Source: an uncultured Desulfovibrionaceae bacterium (GTDB lineage Bacteria; Desulfobacterota; Desulfovibrionia; Desulfovibrionales; Desulfovibrionaceae). From it: DNA of 64,000 bases. Under the pieces are notes generated by a model. It saw only the letters and a list, made by a program, of their open reading frames with translations, did not search any database and was not told the DNA's origin. Shown here piece by piece: positions 30,784 through 38,601 of this stretch (position 1 is its first letter; each line of letters starts with the position of its first letter). The position numbers were made by a program, and so were the translations under genes. The DNA lies in NCBI GenBank assembly GCA_964370305.1, contig CAYJIU010000001.1, positions 2,091-66,090 on the forward strand. The letters are read 5' to 3'.

Positions 30784-30806
30784 CTATCTTATTGTTTAAA
30801 CATCAA

Positions 30807-32609
30807 CTACTTGCCTTGCGGCTGTGCATAGCTTTTAGCTGGGCCATTTTTATAATTGGTAACATCTAACCATTCTTGTGGGTAACCAACAGCTTGCGCC
30901 ATATTATCAGGTGTACTCACGCGTCCTTGGGCATACTTTGCCACAAGCTCTTCAAACAGTGTGCGCCAATCTGCCATGGTTGCAACGGCATTATCATTAA
31001 ACTTTTCACTACGAATTTTTGAGGCCTGTGCAGGGTCAGTCTTGGCTATTTCCATAAGGTCTTTTTCTAAGCTTATTTGCAAGGCCCTTGCTTTTTCTTC
31101 ATGCGCATGAGCCCTAGCTTCAATGTCTTTAACCATATAGGAATATTTTAATTGTGCATAATTGCCCACAAGATTGTATACCCACCAAGCCTCATCCCAA
31201 GAAAATTTTCTGGTATCGTTATATTCATAACTTTTTGGAAGTGGGCCCACTGCCAATGGCACAAAGGTAGAATCTGCTGGACGGTCTAAGGATACCCACA
31301 ACGTAACACCAAGAGCTAGTGGTAAATCTGGTTTTACCTGATTTATGAAAACATAGCCTGTGTAACTCATGCCTATGGGACGCTCCCATGCTCCATATAA
31401 CTTTGCATCGGGATGACCCACATCACCACTAGGGTCATAGGGGCCCAAATAACGTTCTGGTGAGCCAAATGGGCCAGCTGCAACACCCTTGGTCAAGTCA
31501 AACTCTGTCCCTTCATAATGATCGCCATAAATTTCTTGCAATTGCATTAAGCTTATTTTTTTGTCAGGTTTTATGGAAAAAGGGTATGCCCGTGTAAGCC
31601 CGTTTTCAACCCAAGGGGATAGTTTTAACGAAGGTGCTACTAAATCATAGGCACGCCACACTCTACGTAAGGCATAGTAAGGATGACTATATTCACCAAC
31701 GCTTACGGATGATAGCCAGTCAATGGGCTTGGATTTATCCTTGGGGGAGCGCCAATTAGCTTTGTCAAGAATAGACTCAAGATTTTTACTCCACATCTGG
31801 TCTGGATTGTTAGGCATAAGATCCCTTATGCTGAATTTATTGGCCGCAACCCAAAACTCACCGTCAGGTACACGTTGGGCTACCCAAAGCCCGCCAGTTC
31901 CTGTGGGCGAAGGTGCTACCTCAAAAACCCAAGCTTCCTTGGCATCGGCTACGGGCAGAGTTTCCCCTGTGCCATAATAACCATACTCTTCAACCAGCTT
32001 ACCCATTAAAATAACAGCCTCACGCGCAGTCTTGCAACGTTCAAGCGCGACACGGGAAAGTTCTGCCGTGTAGAACATGCGCTTACCAGCCTTGGGGCCA
32101 TTACTTATAAATGAACCATTGGTACACTCACCAAACATAAGGCCATGCTCATTGATAATGCCATAATTAGCGTCAATATAAGCATAAGTATGTGCTACTT
32201 GCGGAATGTAACCTATGGGGATACTTTTTTTAGCTTTATCCAGTTGCATGTAGGCAGGGCTTCGGTCACTACCCACAATACGGGGGACAAATACAGCATT
32301 AAATTCTGGTAACTCACCAATAGCGTTAGCAGAAACATAAACTGCGCGTTTGCTCCCTTTAGGCCAGTCCCTTGCAGCTACAAAAACAATACTTTGATCC
32401 TGTAAGTGGTCATCGTCTGAATGTGCCACCAACATACTGCCATCGGCGCTGGCACCAGGGGTTACGATGGCAGTGGTACATGCAGAACCACCTTCAGGCA
32501 TGGGAGGCAATTTGACCTCTTTATTATGTGAATTTTGTGCCCAAATGGTGTTTACTCCCATCAAGGTCAAAAAAATAATCAAAAAAAATAATTGCATGTT
32601 CTTATGCAT
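30807..32609 (-). CDS. secreted C69-family dipeptidase
   Basis: It has a signal peptide, then the ACTTAIVTPGASADGSMLVAHSDD N-terminal Cys nucleophile region. It is ~600 aa. Confidence 0.8.
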   Translation of the reverse strand: MHKNMQLFFLIIFLTLMGVNTIWAQNSHNKEVKLPPMPEGGSACTTAIVTPGASADGSMLVAHSDDDHLQDQSIVFVAARDWPKGSKRAVYVSANAIGELPEFNAVFVPRIVGSDRSPAYMQLDKAKKSIPIGYIPQVAHTYAYIDANYGIINEHGLMFGECTNGSFISNGPKAGKRMFYTAELSRVALERCKTAREAVILMGKLVEEYGYYGTGETLPVADAKEAWVFEVAPSPTGTGGLWVAQRVPDGEFWVAANKFSIRDLMPNNPDQMWSKNLESILDKANWRSPKDKSKPIDWLSSVSVGEYSHPYYALRRVWRAYDLVAPSLKLSPWVENGLTRAYPFSIKPDKKISLMQLQEIYGDHYEGTEFDLTKGVAAGPFGSPERYLGPYDPSGDVGHPDAKLYGAWERPIGMSYTGYVFINQVKPDLPLALGVTLWVSLDRPADSTFVPLAVGPLPKSYEYNDTRKFSWDEAWWVYNLVGNYAQLKYSYMVKDIEARAHAHEEKARALQISLEKDLMEIAKTDPAQASKIRSEKFNDNAVATMADWRTLFEELVAKYAQGRVSTPDNMAQAVGYPQEWLDVTNYKNGPAKSYAQPQGK

Positions 32610-32696
32610 ATGATCTCCTCAACAGTAAAGGTTTTATTTACTGTATGTTGTGGAAAATAATTGCTTTAATATTTTTGCGGTAAAAGGTAGTATTGC

Positions 32697-32984
32697 TTAG
32701 TCCTTGGGGCGATTAGCCACAAAGAGGACATTTTTTTTAATTTGATTCAAAATTTCAGCGCGGCGCACATTGGGGAAAAGCACTATGGTTCCTCTATGTA
32801 CATAGTGAGGAGGAAATTCATTAAGGGTTAGGGCGTATACATCTTGAATATCCTTGGGACTTAAATTTACTTTAGCTTCTTCAATATACTTTTTTAGTTC
32901 GGTGCGGACTATATATTCATTACGGTTGTATACGGCATCAAAGTCCGTGCCCTCAATGCAGTATCGTTGTTTTTCGTGGTGCAT
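32697..32984 (-). CDS. ComFB-like small protein (95 aa)
   Basis: The start is taken at MHHEKQ, preceded by AGGAG. The layout NEYIV...DIQDVYALTLNEFPPHYV...VANRP resembles the late-competence ComFB family but lacks the Cys pair. Confidence 0.5.
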   Translation of the reverse strand: MHHEKQRYCIEGTDFDAVYNRNEYIVRTELKKYIEEAKVNLSPKDIQDVYALTLNEFPPHYVHRGTIVLFPNVRRAEILNQIKKNVLFVANRPKD

Positions 32985-33213
32985 GGTAGCTCCTAGGAAT
33001 AGGTTATTATTCATAAAAAATAAATTGGTTTTGTATGTAGAAGTATATACGGAAAAAAAACAAAATGGAATAGGTGTTTTTATACAAAATGCATATAAAT
33101 TTATCAAAGTCTAAGACCTTTTGCACAATTGTGTAGGGGCTTCTTGTATTTTGACTTGTAAAAAACTAGATTATGCTTGACAACACCTTAAAATGATAGT
33201 ACTTTGCCAACCC

Positions 33214-33846
33214 ATGAAAGCACCAATGAAGTTTATGAATAATAGATTTGTTTTGTGTTGTCTGATACTTATGTGCCCTTTTATTTTTTTGGGCTGTGCC
33301 ACAAAAGCTCCCGTAGAAGACTCTATTTCCAAACAAGAAAGATACGCTCAATATTTTCAAGAACACCACAAGGCTATACTTGTACCCACTGCCGAGAGTG
33401 CTTTGGGAACAAAGTATAAGTTTGGTGGTACCAGTGAACAAGGTTTTGATTGTTCGGGCTTTGTAAAGTGGGTTTATAGCCATGCTGGTGTTAATTTGCC
33501 GCGTACAGCGCGTGAGCAATCAAGACTTGGTGAACTTGTAAAAAAAGAATCGGATATGCAAGTGGGTGATATTGTAGCTTTTTATCATCCAAGGCGTGGT
33601 TATCATACCGGTATATATTTGGGTGAAGGTAAGTTTGTGCATAGCCCACGTAGACGAAAATCTGTGCGTGTGAGTGAACTATCTACTTCTTATTTTAGCA
33701 AAAACTTTTTAGGTGCGCGGCGAGTGGTCGAAAATATAAAAGAAGCAGAAATGGGTGCCGCGCAAGAACTTCTTGAAAAATATGAATTAAAATCCAAAGC
33801 TCAGGCCAAAGCTAAAAGCAAATCCAAGAAAAGTAAAAAAAGTTGA
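33214..33846 (+). CDS. NlpC/P60 (C40) peptidoglycan endopeptidase lipoprotein
   Basis: It has a lipobox FLGC, the catalytic FDCSGFVKWVY, HTGIYLG and a K/S-rich tail. The start among several in-frame ATGs is uncertain. Confidence 0.85.
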   Translation: MKAPMKFMNNRFVLCCLILMCPFIFLGCATKAPVEDSISKQERYAQYFQEHHKAILVPTAESALGTKYKFGGTSEQGFDCSGFVKWVYSHAGVNLPRTAREQSRLGELVKKESDMQVGDIVAFYHPRRGYHTGIYLGEGKFVHSPRRRKSVRVSELSTSYFSKNFLGARRVVENIKEAEMGAAQELLEKYELKSKAQAKAKSKSKKSKKS

Positions 33847-33909
33847 AACCTTTGCACTTAAAATTTGATAATACGACTTTCTGGCTTGACCAAGAAAGTC
33901 GTATTGATG

Positions 33910-33958
33910 TCTAGGCAACACTGAAAAAACATGACAAACATCTGAAACAATTTATTTT
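33910..33958. repeat. diverged copy of the MITE-like right-end sequence
   Basis: The sequence ctaggcaacactgaaaaaacatgacaaacatctgaaacaatttatttt aligns with tagtcgacactgaaaaaccatacaaaacattgaaaataaattatttt. Confidence 0.3.
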
Positions 33959-33983
33959 ACTCCGTGCAAGTTTTTTGTTTAGT

Positions 33984-34027
33984 AAATAAAGCGGCCTCCT
34001 CAAATACTTGGGGAGGCCGCTACTTTT
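33984..34027. terminator. bidirectional intrinsic terminator between nlpC-like gene and ppaC
   Basis: A 9-bp GC-rich stem gcggcctcc/ggaggccgc is flanked by an A-rich run upstream and a T-rich run downstream. Confidence 0.7.
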
Positions 34028-34099
34028 AGGTAAGAGTCTTAATTTATAAACTATTTAATTTTTTGTCTCATGCGATTATGCATAAGGCTTAGTTCTAAC

Positions 34100-35017
34100 T
34101 TATTTGAAGGCACCTTCAAAGTTAGGTACAACTTGCTTTTTACGGCTCATAACGCCGTCAAGCCATACAGATTTACCTTCTGCTTTTACGCCAAAGGCTT
34201 TATCAATTACTGAAGGGTCATCAGAAACGAATAGCATTTCGGAACCTTCCTTCATGATGTCTGTAAGTAGTAAGAATACACTATGGCGGCCTTCGGCTTT
34301 AACTTTGCCAATTTCTTCAAATAGACCGTCTTTAACCTTATCTAAAAGGCTAAGATCCACAACTTCTAGCTGGCCGATTCCAACTTTTTTACCGCCCATG
34401 TCAAAGTCTTTATAGTCGCGGAATACAAGGTCTTTCATGGAAGCACCGTCCACAGCGGATTTTACTTTAAACATTTCCATACCTAGTGCCATTACATCGC
34501 CAACGCCTGCAAGCTTAGCAAGAGCTTCTACAGCTTGCTTGTCAGCATCAGTACAGGTGGGAGATTTAAACATAACAGTGTCAGAAAGAATAGCACACAA
34601 AAGGCCACCGGCAATGCCCTTAGGGAGTTCAATGCCGTAGAAATCGTACATGGCTTTGATAACGGTGCCAGTGCAGCCTACAGGCCAAGTCCAGATTTCA
34701 AGTGGGTTAGGGGTGGTTACATCACCTAGTTTGTGGTGGTCAACGATGCCCAAAATTTCTGCATCGCCAATGCCTTTAGGGGCTTGGGCAAGGTCAGAAA
34801 AGTCAACAAGAACAAGCTTTTGTCCGGCAACATCCTCAACAACTGCTGGTGCGCTCAAACCAAATTTTGAAAGCACAAACTCAGTTTCGGGAGTGGGTGC
34901 GCCCTGTGCTACAGCTTTTGCTTCCATACCACGTTTGCTATAAACGTCAGCAACAGCAATGGCAGAAATGATACTATCGGTATCTGGATTCATGTGACCT
35001 ATAACAAGTGCAGCCAT
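34100..35017 (-). CDS. ppaC: manganese-dependent inorganic pyrophosphatase (family II, DHH)
   Basis: Motifs present are GHMNPDTDSIISAIA, VDHHKLG and the DHHA2 C-terminal domain. It is 305 aa. Confidence 0.9.
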   Translation of the reverse strand: MAALVIGHMNPDTDSIISAIAVADVYSKRGMEAKAVAQGAPTPETEFVLSKFGLSAPAVVEDVAGQKLVLVDFSDLAQAPKGIGDAEILGIVDHHKLGDVTTPNPLEIWTWPVGCTGTVIKAMYDFYGIELPKGIAGGLLCAILSDTVMFKSPTCTDADKQAVEALAKLAGVGDVMALGMEMFKVKSAVDGASMKDLVFRDYKDFDMGGKKVGIGQLEVVDLSLLDKVKDGLFEEIGKVKAEGRHSVFLLLTDIMKEGSEMLFVSDDPSVIDKAFGVKAEGKSVWLDGVMSRKKQVVPNFEGAFK

Positions 35018-35172
35018 AATAAACTCCTTAAATAAGTTGTAAAATTTTTCATATCACTTTCGTGACTTCATACCTTGTTATCTTTAGCACAAAGTCTGAT
35101 AAATGCCAAGCATACATGCGCATAAATATTACTTTTTGCACAATTATATTTTTACTTTGCTATTTTAGTGTG

Positions 35173-36372
35173 TTAGGTGCATTTATCCATGTTGAGCCCG
35201 GCTAAATGGCCACTGGCAAAAGCAAAGTGAAGATTATACCCGCCAAGTTGCCCAGTAATGTCTAATAATTCACCTATAATATAGAGATTTTTTTGCAAAG
35301 CACTTTCCATGCTCCACGGGTTAACCTCCTTGGTATTTATACCGCCAAGGCAAGCTTCAGCGCGTTGTATAGGGCCTTTGCTTTCTGGTGTTACCGCGTA
35401 ATTATGGATACAATTTGTTATATCATTGCGCACCTTGCGTGAAAGCTCTGCGATTTTTCGTCTAGCATGCGCTGGGGGTAAAATTTTATCCGCAAGCCTT
35501 TGGGGCATGTGTCGGCTAAGCAAGGTGCGGGGGATAAGCTTGCCACACTCTTTAGCATCAAGCAATTCTACAAAAGGAGTATATGGCAAAAAGTCAATAT
35601 ATACAGGCGTATTCTGTTGCCAATGGCAAGATGCTTGCAAAGCAGCAGGCCCACTTAGTCCATTGTGGGTAAAAAGCAAATCATCGGTGCAATGATATGC
35701 ATTTGTGTTAATGCGTACCCTAAGGCTTATGCCAGAAAGCTCGGCCAGCGGCCAATCTTTGGGCATATGTAGTGAGGTTAAGGCCGGCATGAATGATTGA
35801 TGGGTGTGCCCCCATTTAGCTGCTAAATTAAGCCCAGCACTACTTGCACCAATGTTAGCCCAAGCTGGTGAGCCAAGGGCTAAGACAAGGTTTTTAGCTT
35901 GGAGTATTTTAGGGGTTTCATTTTGGCAATATACTGTAAATAAAGAATTGTTTTTAGTGATATCTTCAATGCTATGAGCAAGAAAAAATTGGCATTTATA
36001 ATGTATACATTCTTGAACCAAGGCTTTGACAAATAATTTCGCGCTTTGGCAGCCAAAGAGTTGGCCGTGTTCACGCTCTTCCCAAAGTAAGCCATGCTTC
36101 ATAAAAAAACTTTGCATGGTCTTAGGCTGGAAGGCATCTAGGGCTGGTTGAGTAAAATCTTTTGCTCCAACGTAGTAGGCACTGCCCATGTTTAGGTTGG
36201 TAAAATTACACTTGCCCCCACCGCTAATGCATATTTTTTTGCCGGCGTGGGTATTGTGGTCGATGAGGGCTGTGCGCAAACCCCTTTTGGCAGCAGTTAA
36301 GGCACACATGAGCCCAGAGGCACCAGCCCCTAAGATGATGGCGTCGAAGGTATTGTTTTTATGTTCTTGCAT
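35173..36372 (-). CDS. HI0933/BaiN-family NAD(P)/FAD-dependent oxidoreductase
   Basis: Motifs present are IILGAGASGLMCA and SGGGKCNFTN. The C-terminus is GELLDITGQLGGYNL. Confidence 0.8.
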   Translation of the reverse strand: MQEHKNNTFDAIILGAGASGLMCALTAAKRGLRTALIDHNTHAGKKICISGGGKCNFTNLNMGSAYYVGAKDFTQPALDAFQPKTMQSFFMKHGLLWEEREHGQLFGCQSAKLFVKALVQECIHYKCQFFLAHSIEDITKNNSLFTVYCQNETPKILQAKNLVLALGSPAWANIGASSAGLNLAAKWGHTHQSFMPALTSLHMPKDWPLAELSGISLRVRINTNAYHCTDDLLFTHNGLSGPAALQASCHWQQNTPVYIDFLPYTPFVELLDAKECGKLIPRTLLSRHMPQRLADKILPPAHARRKIAELSRKVRNDITNCIHNYAVTPESKGPIQRAEACLGGINTKEVNPWSMESALQKNLYIIGELLDITGQLGGYNLHFAFASGHLAGLNMDKCT

Positions 36373-36597
36373 AGTTCACTTATACAAAAGAGCAAAGAGC
36401 CTGCCAAGGTATTTTTATTACATTCTGTCGTTGTATTTGTTTGTTTTTTCAGTATAATTTTATCTCGTTAAAAAGTTTTTGAGGCTTGACAAAATAAAAT
36501 AATATGGACATTATGAAGGGACGTCTTGGGTATGTCATTAGCCTGAAGCGTCTACATATTTTTTATAAATTTGAAACTTAATTTTTCGGAGGCAAAT

Positions 36598-37521
36598 ATG
36601 TCCCAGTATAGATTAGTTACGCGCAGTGACTTTGACGGACTTGTATGCGCTGTATTATTCAAAAAAATGGATATGGTAGGGGATATTCTTTTTGTGCACC
36701 CTAAGGATGTGCAAGATGGGCGGGTAGAGTTAACTAGTAATGATATTACAACAAATCTGCCATATAGCCCTTATGTACACCTATGTTTTGACCACCATTT
36801 ATCTGAAACTTTACGTTCTCCTTCTAGTGTAAATAACCATGTTATTAATGCTAGCGCTCCATCAGCTGCGCGTGTTGTGTATGAACACTTTGGTGGTAAG
36901 GGACGTTTTGCGGATGTATCAGATGATATGATGGAAGCTGTGGATAAATCAGACATGGCTGACTTTACTATGGAAGAAATTCTTGAACCTACTAATTGGG
37001 TTTTATTGAACTATTTAATGGATCCTCGCACTGGGCTTGGACGTTTTCGCAATTTCCGCATTAGTAATTATGAGCTAATGATGAAAATGATTGATTTTTG
37101 CGGTAGCGGCATGAGCGTTGAAGAAATTATTGAAGATGCAGATGTTCAAGAAAGAGTGAACTTATATTTTGAACATAAAGATAAAGCCAGAGAACAGCTT
37201 AAAGAATGTTCAGCTATACATGGTAATTTAATTGAGCTTGATTTGCGTGATGTTGATCCAATCTGGGCAACAAATCGTTTTACCCTTTATGCCTTGTATC
37301 CTGAGTGCAATATGTCTATGCATATTATCTGGGGTTTACAGAAGAAAAATGTAGTTTTTGCTGTGGGTAAATCCATCGTAAATCGCTCTTCAGATGTGAA
37401 TATTGGCGAAATTATGCTAAAATATGGTGGTGGCGGGCATTTAAATGCTGGTACTTGCCAAGTGCCTATTGAGGATGCTGACGCTACTCAAGCCGAATTG
37501 CGCAAGCTACTACAAGGTTAG
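36598..37521 (+). CDS. stand-alone DHH/DHHA1-type phosphoesterase (NrnA/NrnB-like)
   Basis: The start is taken at MSQYRL after GGAGG. Motifs present are DFDG, FDHH and GGGGH (DHHA1 GGGH). Confidence 0.65.
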   Translation: MSQYRLVTRSDFDGLVCAVLFKKMDMVGDILFVHPKDVQDGRVELTSNDITTNLPYSPYVHLCFDHHLSETLRSPSSVNNHVINASAPSAARVVYEHFGGKGRFADVSDDMMEAVDKSDMADFTMEEILEPTNWVLLNYLMDPRTGLGRFRNFRISNYELMMKMIDFCGSGMSVEEIIEDADVQERVNLYFEHKDKAREQLKECSAIHGNLIELDLRDVDPIWATNRFTLYALYPECNMSMHIIWGLQKKNVVFAVGKSIVNRSSDVNIGEIMLKYGGGGHLNAGTCQVPIEDADATQAELRKLLQG

Positions 37522-37562
37522 TTATAATTAAGTAATACGTCTTTGTTTTTATATACACTTTC

Positions 37563-37597
37563 AAAACTGCCCTAACCGTATGGAAAGGGCAGTTTTT
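37563..37597. terminator. bidirectional intrinsic terminator
   Basis: The hairpin ctgccct-N12-agggcag is flanked by AAAA and TTTTT. It lies between convergent genes. Confidence 0.75.
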
Positions 37598-37606
37598 AGT
37601 GATAAA

Positions 37607-38350
37607 CTATCCACCCATATTTTCACGGGCAGCCATGGCTTCTTGTTCAAGTGTGGATTTTTCAGCTTCGTTTAAACCTAGGGCTTGAGCTAAGCCATCA
37701 AGATAACTGCGTTCCATAAAAGAATCAATATCAATAGCTGCGCAAGAAAGGCGATATAGGTCGTAAGCCTCTTCCTTATTTTGTACTTTGGCAGCTAGAG
37801 CATTGGGGTCAATGGGCTTTTGCAGGAGTTCATCAAGAAAATGTACCACACCTTGTCCGGGAAATAGTGCTTCAGCGGCATTGTGGATATTTTGTCTTTC
37901 GTCATCATCAATGTGTCCATCGGCACGGGCGGCAAATACCATGGCTTCAAGTAGGATAATAGCTGTACTTTCGGCAGCTGGTAGAGCCTGAGCCGGTTGG
38001 TTTTGAGTTTGTGGAGCTTGATATTGCGCAGGCTGAGCTTGAGCCTGTGAGGCTTGTTGGGGGGCACTCTTACTTTGTGACCATTTTTGGTAAAAATTCC
38101 AAGCCAGAGCACCGGCTGCGGCTGTACCGCCAACTACCATAGCTTTTTTAGCGATTTTTTTAGTTTTTTTACCACTAAATAATGCTCCCATCAACCCACC
38201 AATGGCCGCAGACCCTAAAAGTCCGCCAACACCACCCATGCTACTTGCTGCACCTTTGATAGCACTAGTACCACCACCTAGGGCGGAGTTAAGGTTTGCA
38301 CCTATGTCACCCATATTACCGCTTTTTACTGCATCAAAAATATTTTTCAT
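37607..38350 (-). CDS. DUF533 / TerB-like domain protein (YebE-like)
   Basis: It has a Gly-rich N-terminus with a TM segment, a Q/A-rich linker and a C-terminal TerB-like region (AMVFAARADGHIDDDERQNI). Confidence 0.6.
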   Translation of the reverse strand: MKNIFDAVKSGNMGDIGANLNSALGGGTSAIKGAASSMGGVGGLLGSAAIGGLMGALFSGKKTKKIAKKAMVVGGTAAAGALAWNFYQKWSQSKSAPQQASQAQAQPAQYQAPQTQNQPAQALPAAESTAIILLEAMVFAARADGHIDDDERQNIHNAAEALFPGQGVVHFLDELLQKPIDPNALAAKVQNKEEAYDLYRLSCAAIDIDSFMERSYLDGLAQALGLNEAEKSTLEQEAMAARENMGG

Positions 38351-38601
38351 ATATACCTCATTAGTATTTTTTATAAGATTGAATATAATACCGTATGTGA
38401 TTATGTATAGTTATTTTTAATAACTAATCTGTTTATATTGGAAAATATTAATAAAAATAAATCACTAAGGGGTGATTAATTGCATAAATGGAGAGTGGAG
38501 AGGAGCAGGAAAATCTTTTCTTTCAAAAAAAAGGTTTTCCGCCAAAGTATTTTGTCAGCATTTTATGCTAATTTTCACACATGCACTAAGGCCGCAATAA
38601 G

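Noticed and set aside
32569-32588. T7 and T8 homopolymers (coding strand) in the signal-peptide codons of the C69 dipeptidase, considered as a phase-variation tract.
   Set aside because: The runs simply encode the Phe/Ile/Leu-rich signal peptide (QLFFLIIFL) in an AT-rich genome. The tracts are short for slipped-strand switching, and nothing suggests variation.
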